Positions 1 to 12,770 of a stretch of DNA of 64,000 nt are shown in pieces. The stretch's first letter is position 1. Every line of letters begins with the position of its first letter. The position numbers were made by a program, and so were the translations under genes. Origin of the DNA: Chrysomallon squamiferum (taxonomy: Eukaryota > Animalia > Mollusca); the NCBI GenBank assembly GCA_012295275.1, contig CM022670.1, positions 28,954,001 through 29,018,000 on the forward strand. The letters run 5' to 3'. The notes below the pieces were generated by a model. That model was not told the DNA's origin. It was given only the letters and a program-made list of their open reading frames with translations, and did no database searches.

Positions 1-625
1 TCAAATCCCGTATCGAATTCTTATATTAAGTCTGAGTAAACATTTCACATTTCAAATTTCACATTTCATAACGTGGGGGAGCACGGGTCGCGGGATCACC
101 TCCTTGTGTAGTTAACCCTTTGCCTTTACTCGTTCCAGCAAATGCGATTAACTAGTTTGTGAAAGGACATAGACACACATACACACACAGACATTTATAT
201 ATATATATAAATAAAGGTCACTCGGGAGTGGTCAATTTATAAATGACTAAACACTTGGCTTACAATTGATAGCCACATTTTAGGCGCAGCCTCTTTGAAA
301 AAACCAGAAACAAATAAGGAGAAAATTAAAGTAAAAACCTGATTGGTCGGTTTCGAAATGACTAATAACCGCGATAGACCACCTGGTTATAATATCCTAT
401 TGGTTTTTCTTAAAGTACAGGAAGCAACAGTATCTATGGTTTAGACGTAAATAACTGGAATTACAAGTAAACTGTCCTTTAAACATTGCGTATGTTGTTT
501 ATCAAATACCAATTAATTTCGAGTTTAATTTGCGAGCTAGGTAAAAATAATAGTCATTACTGAATGCTAGGCTTTCTTGTACTGCGGCCGGCTATTAATT
601 AATCTTTTTCGCGGTTTGATGCTCT

Positions 626-680
626 ATGGTTAAGGTGTTGCATGAGATATATTAGGTCGCAAACTCAAATCTCACCACTG
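626..680 (+). mobile_element. Possible highly decayed tRNA-derived SINE head
   Basis: TGGTTAAGGTGTTG ... AGGTCGC..CTCAAATCTC loosely resembles Pol III A-box/B-box spacing. The B box is mismatched and no second copy was found. Confidence 0.2.
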
Positions 681-1448
681 ACTGTTTCCCGTTCTAGTCA
701 TTGTCCATCGACTGATACCGTAATGAAAATATGATTACGTAATATCTCATCTTTTGAAAGAAGCGCGCACACACGTACACACACACAGAAACTCATACAC
801 ACACAGGTATATAATATTATGTATGTATGTGTACATATCTGTCTATCTACCGAGCTATTCGTTTATTATAGTCTACTAACAAAATAGAAACAGGTCGTAT
901 TTTCACACAAGAGCAGTTATAGGGGTATTTTAAAATAAAATAATAAAACAGATTAGAAAAATCAGATATTATACAAACATTACACAATTAATATCATTTT
1001 TGTCCTTATGCAGTGTACGAAAATATACTTAATAAGGCTTACAAGGACAGAAATCGTATCTTGTGTTGAACTAGTTCAAGGAATATTTGTTTTTAATTTT
1101 ACATATTAAACATTTATGCCTCAGATACTTTACAAACATACGATGAATAAAAACATTTTTACTAATAAGGACATAAATCGTATCAGTACACCGATCGAGT
1201 TCAAATATGTTTATCTACGTAACACAGTAAACGTAAAAATCTTTCTGTGGTTAAGGGAATCGATAACAGATGTCCAAGCAGAACATGACTGGAAGCAGCG
1301 AGAATAAAAAGGGGAGTGCTTTCAAAGTAAACATCCGACGTCTGCAGCTGACACACAGGTTACTTGTTTGATAAAAACGGTTAATGTGTCATTAACAACA
1401 ATCGACAAAACTGTTTGTTCAGTTACCTTTTCGTTTAACAGTGCAATC

Positions 1449-1900
1449 AGATACCTGTTGATACAACTGTTCAGATAGGTATCTGTTGATTCATCTGTTT
1501 AGTGAGATACCTGTTTATTTAACTGTTCAGTCATAACTATGCCTGTTTATTCAGATATATTTTGATTCAAACGTTTATGTCATACCTGTTCATTATTCTA
1601 GTTGATTCACCTGTTTACTCAGATATGAGTTGATTCAACTGTTTAGTGAGATACCTGCTGATTCACCTGTTTAGTCAGATACCTGTTGATTCAACTGTTT
1701 AGTCACATACCTGATGATTCGCCTGTTTTCAGACATCTATTGACTCAAGTGTTTAGTCAGATATCTGCTGATTCATCTATTTAGTCAGATAATGGTTGAT
1801 TCAACAGCTTGGTCAGATATCTGTTGATTCAACTATTTAGTGTGATACCTGTTGAATCAACTGTTTAGTCAGATATACAGTGATAAAACTATTTATTCAG
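1449..1900. repeat. Degenerate 28-bp minisatellite, consensus AGATACCTGTTGATTCAACTGTTTAGTC (roughly 15 core units, decaying flanks to about 1350 and 2130)
   Basis: Successive 28-bp units are readable by eye (e.g. starts at 1621, 1649, 1677, 1705). Each contains the inverted repeat GTTGA-T-TCAAC. Confidence 0.85.
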
Positions 1901-2663
1901 TTCTCTGTTTGGTAAATGTATTTATACAAAAATTTGTTGGGATAGAAATTTTTATTAGATACCTGTTGATAAAACTAATTACTGAAGTACCTGTTTAAAA
2001 GATTATTTTATAAATTATTTACTCAGTTACATGTTTAAGAATTTGTTTTATCCTCATACGTGTCAATAAAACTATTTATTCAGTTAAGCGTTGATAAAAC
2101 TATTCTGAAACTATATTAAACTGAATTACCTCTTGAGAAATCTTTTTCTCTTTTTTTTCTGAATATTCACGAAACAATCACGTTATCATAGAGACAGCGA
2201 CAAAACTATTCTATTCAAACACTTGTTGAAACAAAAACGAAATAATTTCACCTTGCAGTTTTAATAGTAATGAACATAAGTTTTTCTAGAAGCAGCTAAT
2301 TAGCATATCGGATTTCATTATAGATTCTCTTTCATTTCCAAAAAATGTTTCTATTCATATCTTTATATATGCATATATAGGTATCCACATCAACATTCAT
2401 ATTTATACCTAAAGGAATATCCAAACATGATAATCCTACAGAAAAAGAATAAAAATGTATATGCAGACTGATGCATACTATATTTCAAAACAGTAAAAAA
2501 TATTCATATATATATATGTCATATGCTATACTGTCTATAATAAGCATAAACACATACATACATAAATACATATATATAAATTGATATATTCATACAAACT
2601 TAACATGCAGAACAGTTTGCATACATACATTTTCATACCTACAGATACATATATTCGCATGCA

Positions 2664-2704
<41 letters not shown>

Positions 2705-4945
2705 ATACAAACACTAACATACATTTTTCAAAAACATATGTTAGAAAAATGTGAAATTAGAGAACGCGATCCATTTCAATAAGAGATTCTGAGCTAACGC
2801 TAATTCTCCCAGCGCAAGACACTACATTCTTTGGTACCAAGGGATTAATTAATGTCAACCACGCACCAGAGGCCTGAAACGAATACTAATTAGCCCCAAG
2901 ACATTTACTTAAATAAAATATACTGAAACAAATTGTTTTTACTTTTATCCCAATCTTTGGGTTATTATTATTATTATTATTTTCTTCTTTTTTTTTATTG
3001 TCATTTGTTTTTTGTTTTGTTGTGGGGTTTTTTAGGTTTCTTTGCTTTTATATTTGCTCACATGCGCTCGTGTTAACCAGTTTTAATGTATTTTGTTTTG
3101 TTTGTGTTAGGGAACTTTTATGGTTTGTTGTTGTTGTTGTTGTTGTTATTGTTATTGTTATTGTTATTATTATTATTATTATTTATTTATTTACTTTTAT
3201 TTTTCACTTTTTATTTTTATTTTTATTTTTTATTATTAATGTGTTTATTTTACTTCTTTTTTTTACTTTTATTTGTTTTTCTTTGCAATAAAAATTTTAA
3301 AAAGAAAAAAATGAAAAATCTAGTACTTACCCTAATCACAAATATTCGTTACATTAAGGCTTAACTGAACAAACGAAGTGTTCTTTTCCTGATCTCTGCT
3401 ACTCCTCGATACAATTCCATGAGGCGAAACCGCACACAGGTTCAAACCAGATAACACAGTTCCCCTGTAGAACCTGTTCCAGAAACGCCGATAACGTCAA
3501 CTCATTCACTTGCTATGGCAAATGGTGACAAGTCTCCGCAATCAGGCGAACATTTCGATCTGCGCGCGCAGTCGTTTTTTCCACCATCTGTTACTCGTGC
3601 ACCGCAGACGACAAACCAATCTGGCAGCTTGAAGCGGCTTTATTAACAAGGATTATCAGGCTATGCGATGAAGAAGAGAGATCGGGAACCCAATAAAAAA
3701 ATAAATAACAATAATTATAATATGTGAAAATAACTCATTATTGTCCATTCAACAACGGTCAGCGCAATAACCAGTCCAATAAACTATTATCAATAGGAAA
3801 ATTCCAATTACTGTTGCCATATCGGTGTCGAGAGTTGAGGCTTACATAATATTCTGGACAACATTAGAAACGCATCAGCGTGCACTAACGAGGTCTAACA
3901 AGGCAGCCAACGAACAGTTATGTTCCAATAAAAGATGAATGGTTGTGATGAGGAACAAAGCAAGGCTCATTTAGTCCGACGGTGAGTTTGCAAGAAACGT
4001 AAAAAACCTCACATCACCACCCATATGAATAGCTGCCGGTGTGGCAAATCGTGTCTACAGGTTATAAAAGAACTGATTTTAGTTTATTTTGAAAATAAGT
4101 GAAATATTTTTTATGGGTGACTTCGCAAGATATGTTTTATATACTACTACCTCAATAACAGATTCCTGTTATCTTTTTTTTTAAAACAGACAAATATCAG
4201 GTTTCTCTCCGTCTTTATCTATCCGTCTCTCAATCTCTCTGTTTATCTGTAATTTTTTCTCTTTTTCTTTCACAATCATGTTTTGTCTGTTTCTCTTTAT
4301 CCTTCACTGTATCCACATATCTGTTTACAGCCTATGTATGTCTGTCCGTCTGTATTTCTATCTGGCACTCTTTATCTTTCTATCTATATTTTTATTTGTC
4401 TGTTTACTTTTCTATATCTATCTGTCTGTCGATCTATCTATGTCTGTTTCTCTGTTTGTCAATCTATTTATCTATCTATCTATCTATATGTCTGTCTGTG
4501 CGTCTGCCTGTCTCTCTTTCTATTTACATACATTTTAATATCAACATCATTCTATTATTTCATTTACACCTGATACAGGTGCTGCGTTTCTAAGAATTGT
4601 CAGTATCCATGTGTGAGATAAGAGAAATATTATTTAGTAACTTTGGCTTGGCAACAGCTTATTAGAACACTCATTTTGAAACGTATCCACACAACAAAGC
4701 AATTCAGACAAGAGATAATCATTTATAAACACATCACTCCAACAAAAGTGTGTGGTTATTACGCAGAAAAACACACTTAACTATTGTTCTCATTCTCCTC
4801 TCTTCAGATTTAGTTCATTTCTTTGGATTTCCAAGCGAACGATCCACTGCAGCATTCGTTTATCTGGTTTAATGAAACTTCGTTCGTAAGAAAATCTTCG
4901 AAACAAAGTTAAAAAGACAGCTTACAAAGAACGATTAGATCAAAT

Positions 4946-5213
<268 letters not shown>

Positions 5214-7811
5214 CTCTGTTTATCTATCTCTATCTCTGTTTCCTTCCCTGTCTTTCTCTCTCTCTATCTGTCAGTCTATTCAACTATCTAACAATCTGTC
5301 GAACCTGTATCCATTTGACCATTTAACATTCATCCATCAGTTAATCAGTCAGTCCATCTGTCTGTCTATCTATCTTTCTAATCAAGTTTAATTCCATCTA
5401 ACTCTTTCTCCAACAAAGCGAAATTCAAACTGTCTCTATTTTAAGAAAACAGAACCAAGAATAATTCAGAAAGTTTAACAAATGAGTGAAAAGGTAATGA
5501 AAAATAGTTCAGCAACTGAGCCAAGACGATTAAACTGTAAAAATCAAATTAAAAAAACCACTCACAGACACAGACACGCATACTCACACACACACATACA
5601 CATACACAAATAATATTTCTAATATCTCACACATGATATACTGACAATTCTTAGAAACGCAGCACACACAGAAACACAATAGCAAGAGTCAGAGATGCTA
5701 AGTAAAAAGAAAAATATAAAGACTGAAAGTATTAATGATCATGAAAACGGAGAGAATGGTGAACAAACCGCAACAAACTGACAGTAAATTTTCATAGTGA
5801 AAAGAAATCGATATCAGCAAAAGTGAACATCTTGATTAGATTTTAAAAAATAAAAATAAAAAATAAATAAAAAATCTTTTTAGTTCAAAATGAACGAATT
5901 AATTAGAAATTCTAGACAGTTTTTGTTGATGGTTGTATTGATTTTTAGGCTAGTAATAACTGTATTGGATATTTCTGTATCTATCGAACCAATATGATCA
6001 CGTAAAAAAATAAAGAAACGAAATTAAGAAAATGGTTCACTTATCAGTGAAAGTGTAGAGATGAGTGTAAGTGTATGTGTGTCTATAATATTATGTGTAT
6101 ATGTGAGTTTGAATGTGTGTTTGTATATTTGAATATGTGTTTGTATATTTGAATTTGTATATTTATATGCGTATATGTACGATGTATTAATCTGTATATG
6201 TGTGTGTATGTAATTTTGTATGTACGTTTGAGTGTGTGTTCATGTATGCATATATCATGTTTACATCCATGTATTATGTATGTATGTGTATAGGAATATA
6301 CTTATGTACGCATGTATGTATTTGTGTGTATCTATATACTTATCTACGTGTGTATGTATGTGTGTATATGTATGTATGTATGTGTGTATATGTATGTATG
6401 TATGAATGCATTCATGCATGCCTTTATGCAGGCAGGCATATTTACATACACACATCAAATGAACGGGTGTAAATGTTACGTATATAGGTTATAGATGAAT
6501 ATGTTCTTTAGTATTAATCACTTACTTTCACTAATAATAAAAATGATACTGATGATGTTCATATTTCAGTCAGTCTCGTTACATCTCTGTTACATTTTGA
6601 GGTTACCAATCTATGCAGATCTGTCGTTTAAAAACACTATATTACATGTATGTATTTGAAGTATTCAGTGTTTTGATCGTTGCAGAAAATGACCTGTAAT
6701 ATAATTATAAACTAACTAATACAGTGAGACAATTCGAATCACATGACAGCCAGGTCTGTCTGCCTTAGTCAGGTTTTCATGGCAGTTTAACAAACACTTC
6801 ACATGACAGCAGCTGCAGTGCAGTTGTTTATTATTGCACTGCGTAATTACGTTTATTAAACAATATGAATATTTTACTGGCACCACTCTTAAACACTTTT
6901 CAACCAGTATTTATGAAAATAAATTACTGACATTTCCGAATTTGTAACCTATATAATAATGTTGCATTTAATTTATTATATTATAATCGTATTTGTATTG
7001 ATACATACACACACAAGAGTTCACCCATATATTCAAAGTTATATGTCAGTATTTTGAATATAATCACTAATAAACAAATAAATGTCATCATAAAAGAAGA
7101 AAAGTTATTTATTTCAGTACCAGTGATATTTTTATCGATAAATAATAAGCCTTATTCGAAATGAATTGACGAATAATGTAACAGTATACAAGCAATCAAT
7201 ATAGACATAAGAATTTTATTATAAATATTTGAATAACATTAATTTCTTAAATATTTTTATAATTTTGAAACTTACATAAAAATTATTATTATTATTGCTA
7301 TTTACATTCTTCGTTTTGTACTCAGTCTTTTAATCTATGTTGTTTTTCGTGAACTGAGTCTGCAATGTAATATGCACTCGTAAAAAAAAATAATAATAAT
7401 AAAATAAAATAAAACTGTTTATATTCTATTTCTTTGTTAATTCATATTATTTGAATCACTCCTCGTGTTATTACCATGCAATAAACTTAGGTTTCCTGTC
7501 AACTTTATGAATTTGTTTTACAGTTATCTTAAACAGAAACGAACAACACTGTCAAACATTTTAGTATTAATATTAATTAGGTGTCACATATGAATGCCAT
7601 TTTTGTATAATCACGATGTGAGAAAGAAGAACTCCTGTCTCTCTTTGAAGTACTTTTAATGAAAAGCAGCAAGGAAGTCCAATGTAGTTATAACATAAGT
7701 CAGCGAAAATTTTACTGGAACAGGAAAACAATTAGTTGACGCACCAAAGAGAACTGATGATCATGCAACCAAAATATGTCAAGCGATGGCTGTTACTGTG
7801 GTGCACTGTTG

Positions 7812-8933
7812 TCAGAGGTATATGCAATTTCGTCTCCAGTCGTTAAAATCATCGCGCATACAAAATAGCGTGTTAATAATTTTACGTCTGAATTTTGAGT
7901 TTATGCAGTAATAAATAACAAAATTGATCCCGCTGTGTACAATCTTCACAAGAAATAGAATGTTAACAAGAGGACGGAATACTCTTCTGACGTCAGATGT
8001 TACTAGTCTGGTTACTACAGCAACCGGATAGGTAACCATGGAGAAGATGCTTACAACAAACACGACGTAAAAGAGTCTTTTTTGAAATCTGATTTGAGAA
8101 CATAGTTTCTTTTTTGACTTGAATTTAAATATTTGTTTTATAGACTCCACCCACTGTCCTTTCTTCAAAGCTACGATGGTAACAATATTGAAAACAAAAA
8201 GCAGAATCCAAGGTATTGTATAGACTAGAGCAATATCGAGAACCAGTCTAATATATGTCCATTCTTCGTACTTTATAACGTATGTCGTCAGTTGTGATGA
8301 TGTCATATTGTCATCAACAGTTGTATTTCCAATTATGGGCATCGATTGACGATTTGAACCAATCACTACAGGAATCTCATATAGCAGTCGAATAGCAAAT
8401 CTGAACACACAGACAAAAACCGTTACAACAACAACGACCTTAGCCTTCATGATGCAGCAGATCAAGGCCACTTGCTGTGGTTTCGTGGCCGCCAACAGCC
8501 GTTCTGTTGCTATAGCAACTGTCATGAGGCTGGATCCTTGCAGGCCAAAATCGGCTATGCAGGAAGCACTGATGTAAAAGCCTTTGTATGTCTGCACACT
8601 GGCCATCTTCTGAACATTCATCATGCGAAGTAATATCTCCAGCGAGCAGCCGACAAGAAAGACAATTTGGTATACGGCCAGTGTTACTAAAAACAGGGCC
8701 GCTGAGGACCACGTTTTGTTTGAAGACCAGCCCACTACGGACAGCACGTTCCCAAGAATTCCACACGTAGACAGAACAATCTGAGTCAGTCTGTAAGGTT
8801 CTGTGTTTTTCATGTCCTCGATCCAACGAAGTGTTTCACTGCTCAGAGCGGAATCGTTCAACCCATTCCACGTTGAAATTTTTCCACTTTTCTCGTGACC
8901 AAATAGTTCTTGAAGTTTCTCCAGGAATTCCAT
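7812..8933 (-). CDS. Rhodopsin-family (class A) GPCR with intronless CDS, FMRFamide/peptide-receptor-like orphan or putative chemoreceptor, 373 aa
   Basis: Long non-repetitive ORF with seven hydrophobic segments: TM1 GILGNVLS (N1.50), TM2 LFLVTLAVYQ, TM3 end AIATERL (DRY position), TM5 IPWILLFVFN, TM6 TYP, TM7 SGINFVIYY plus helix 8 NSKFRR. Sequons NDS (N-terminus) and NTT/NMT (ECL2). The track start at 9011 is TTG; the first in-frame ATG is 8933 and there is an in-frame stop at 9060-9062. An upstream coding exon cannot be excluded. Confidence 0.9.
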   Translation of the reverse strand: MEFLEKLQELFGHEKSGKISTWNGLNDSALSSETLRWIEDMKNTEPYRLTQIVLSTCGILGNVLSVVGWSSNKTWSSAALFLVTLAVYQIVFLVGCSLEILLRMMNVQKMASVQTYKGFYISASCIADFGLQGSSLMTVAIATERLLAATKPQQVALICCIMKAKVVVVVTVFVCVFRFAIRLLYEIPVVIGSNRQSMPIIGNTTVDDNMTSSQLTTYVIKYEEWTYIRLVLDIALVYTIPWILLFVFNIVTIVALKKGQWVESIKQIFKFKSKKKLCSQIRFQKRLFYVVFVVSIFSMVTYPVAVVTRLVTSDVRRVFRPLVNILFLVKIVHSGINFVIYYCINSKFRRKIINTLFCMRDDFNDWRRNCIYL

Positions 8934-9745
8934 TTCTTTCTTGTTTTCTCTCTCTCTCTCTTTTTCACTTAGTTGTTTTTCTTTTCTAACTTTGTTCTTG
9001 TTGTCTTCCAAAAGTTTTGTGTCTTTATTAAACTTTTGAAGTTTGGATTTATGTCCATATTAAAATACACAGCATATTCAGTATGACACAAATCGAAAAG
9101 AGGGCAGTCGTATTAATACATTTGCATATATCTTATTCAGTGAGTAAGCCTAGATGAACTTAAAATGTTATTCCAGAGTTGTAGTTATTCAATAAATTTA
9201 AGTTCATAATAATGATATAAATTTAACAGCACGTTAGAAATGGCATAAAATAAAGCCAAAGGAGTCCAGCACAAATACACAACTGTTGAAATGATGTAAA
9301 AGCCTTCCAAAACAGTTTATTTCGAATACTGTCTGTTCTTACTGGAGTATTGTTTACAAAACCTTCCCAGTGTCATATCACAATATCTCCAGAAAGGCGT
9401 GCAACGTTTTCAACACATTTCAATAGATAATACCTATGTCACCCGTTCTGAATGCCTTACAGAATACCAAACACTTTCTGAGTAACATATTAGGTACGCT
9501 GTACTGACTAAATATGAAATGTAATAGCAGGTAACTAGTTTTACGTACGTTGTTTAAAACACTCACTTTAGTAGGTTAGAAACAATAAAACCAGTTGTTT
9601 AAAATCCCGCATTCCTGTCTCGATGACCGTTAAACCGTGGTTACAAATGTCATCATCATACATATCTGTTTGTGGTACTGTAACATACCTTTATCCAGTG
9701 CCCGATATAAAAGCAAGTTTACATCTTTCCAAACACAGATTTCAG

Positions 9746-9930
9746 TCAGGGGCGGTTTATACTTTTGGAATGGGGTTGTTCCGGAACAGTGTGTTAATGT
9801 TTATAATTTGAAATTATAAATTTTATAAGAGAGAAAGTGAGAGGGATCAATTTTATTTACATTTATTTATTTTTAGTCGGGGATTGGCGGTTTCTCTGTT
9901 GCTGGGATACCCCTCATAATCCGCCTCTGA
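9746..9930. mobile_element. Putative degenerate MITE (non-autonomous DNA element, about 185 bp)
   Basis: Ends TCAGGGGCGGTTT and AATCCGCCTCTGA match as inverted repeats at 11 of 13 positions, with an AT-rich non-coding interior. No clear target-site duplication. Confidence 0.45.
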
Positions 9931-10775
9931 GTTAACTTAAAGGTGTGGCAATGTATTATGTCTTCTCCGCTACATTGAAATTAGCTTCCGGTATTGAAAG
10001 AATGAAAAAAGTAAGACGTGGCCATAAAATCGTTTTACTTTATACTATTTGGGATTTTTTTAATCATGAAGACATAAATACACAATTCTATTGCGTAAAC
10101 TATGACTCAACAATAACTGTAAACCCTTTCCACGAACAGCATTAAGTGACCTATTATTCAGACATCTGACGAGAAATATTTCACGTGAGATCGTGGACGC
10201 TTCAAGGATTACGATTTATATTATTCGATATCTGAGAAAGTTAGCTCAAAACGTCAATAATCAAGTGAAAGGCACGTGACTTAACACACCACGCAAGTTA
10301 CAGAAAGTTATACTGAGCCCTGTATACAGAATCAAACATTCAATATATGTATTCATAACAGTCTACAAATCACAGCCGATTACATTTATAACTTGACAAA
10401 AGACTACATGAGTAATACTCCAGCGATGACCCGGAGAAGAAGTGCACAAAAGTAACTTTATTTGTGGATATGTATAATAATCTCTTCGTTTTCACGACTA
10501 GAAAAACGGGATATTTAGAGATAAGGGATGGATCGACAGAAATATGACTGATTGACAGATTGGTGGATTATGAATGGGTGGATAAAGAGAGGATAGATAG
10601 AAAAAACGGGTGGTGAACACCACTATACATGGGGGTAAACAAGTGAAAAATGTAGTAGATATGTATACATGTCTGGATGGATGGATGAATAGACAGAAAG
10701 AGGAACGAATAGATGTTGTCCGTGTGTTTATCTATACGAATGTGCATAATTAGAAAGACAATAAAGATAGATATA

Positions 10776-11058
10776 GGTCTGTAATAATGAGTCGTACAAA
10801 CTGTACTTCGAGACATGCATTTGGTGTGGACAGTAATACTTATGCATTAATACATACAAATTCGTATTCAGTTAATTTTATATCCTTTTATATATAATGA
10901 CACAGCATAATGATATAGCATCCGGTGATAAATGTAATATTTTACTCGTTCCCATTTTTATTTATTAATTTTTTACTTTTTATTTTGTTTTTTAATTTTT
11001 TTGTTTTTATAAATTTAATTATAAGGAATAATAGAGATTCTTTGGCCATCACTACAGA

Positions 11059-11103
<45 letters not shown>

Positions 11104-11228
11104 TAAATAAATAAATAAATAAATAAATAAATATTTATAAAAACAGTAATTATTAATAAGTTTTATACATTTGTCAAATTATTAACAGTAAATTATAGTT
11201 CTGAATCTTAAGTGACATTTTTATTTTA

Positions 11229-11279
<51 letters not shown>

Positions 11280-12770
11280 TTTATTTTATTTTATTTTATT
11301 TTTTATGCAGAAAATACATTAAAGAATAAATATTTAACCTTTAAAGAAAAAACAGAAATCATAAAAAGAAATATAAAATGCGAGTTATTTCCCTTCTGCT
11401 GTAAACTGCGAGGAATGACTGACTACCCGGCGCTACAGCCTCGGGCGCTGATTTCAGGGGGCGCATTTCTACAAATCAACAACAGTTTTAAAAAATAAAT
11501 AAATACTAGTAAATTTCAGTTTCACTCAGGTTTGTTTCTTATCCTGGCTTTTTTCATACAGGGACAAGTAATCGCTGCATTTTAGGTATTCAGAATATTA
11601 CTTAACTTAAAGTTATTATGAAGTAAAATAATATTATAAAATTACTTGGTGAGTAATGATCTCTACCAAAATTTTGTTAATAAATGACACGGTGAAATGA
11701 TTGTAATATATTATAGTGTACTGTATTGTATATACACACGTGTATACTTTTGCTCTCTCTGATGGACACGCATATACACTGATTCTCTTTTGCACACGCA
11801 TTCTCAGGTATCCTCTCCCACAAACACACAGGCATCGTTAAAAAGAAACAGGTCAACAATGAGTCATACAGACTACACTTCGAGACATGCATCTTGTGTG
11901 TCCAGTAATTCTTATTTATTAAAATACATAAATGCGTATTCACTTAATTTTATACGTTTGTTATATAAACTAACATAGATATAGCATCAAATTATAACAG
12001 CAATATAACAGAAACAAAAGTTTACATGAAAAGATAGTATACCAAAGTCTTATAACGAATAATGCGGATTCTTTGACCTTAACTACAGAAATGTTGTTCT
12101 TTTATTGCATATTTTCATATCCTCGACAATAACATATGCACTTGTGAAGTGTAAACGTCAGACGCTGAACCACGATTAAGAGGAAACTCTAATGAAATAT
12201 AAGATAAGTAAGTACGTTTTTAATACCACTTTTTGATGTGTCATATACATTTGCTACGTATTCGTGTATGGTGTAGTTTAAAGATATCTGCTTAATAATA
12301 ACAATAACAATAATAATAATAATAATAATAACAACAATAACAATAATAATAATAATAAATAAATACATAAATAAATAAATATTTAATTATTATAAAATCA
12401 ATAATTATTAGTAAATTTAAGTCTTTGTCAAGGACAACTCTTCTGAATACTGATATTTTTATTTATTATATTTACAATAAAAAAATAAAATTGTATTTAC
12501 CGATTAAAGCAGAGTTATCTCCCATAGTAGATCCTTAAACCACAAGAGGAATGTGATTGTAGTACTACCACATCAGATACGACACAGGCCTGAAATTATC
12601 ATGATATAAATAAAACAAAAACGTAAAATTAAAAGAAAAAAAAAAAAAAGAAAAAAAAGAAGAAGAGTTATCTCCCCTAGTCTGTAGCTCCTTAAACCTC
12701 GAGAGGACTATGATTGTAATATTACTACTATCAGATACAAAATAGGCCTAAAATTATTATAATATTAATA
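10776..12770. repeat. Diverged local direct duplication (about 10776-11430 vs about 11851-12570) plus an extra copy of a ~100-bp GAGTTATCTCCC block
   Basis: Collinear matches: AATGAGTC..CTTCGAGACATGCAT (10786 / 11858), GATTCTTTG..ACTACAGAAAT (about 11036 / 12067), AAT-repeat then TTTGTCAA..TTCTGAAT (about 11110-11220 / 12360-12470), GAGTTAT[TC]TCCC..GAGGA (11382 / 12513 / 12665). Confidence 0.75.

Noticed and set aside
1449-1900. CRISPR-like array (28-bp repeats with internal palindrome)
   Set aside because: Units are contiguous with no unique spacers, there are no cas genes, and the context is eukaryotic; this is a minisatellite.
8440-8826. 128-aa ORF overlapping the GPCR in another frame
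   Set aside because: Shadow ORF with no recognisable motif; explained by the GPCR coding sequence.
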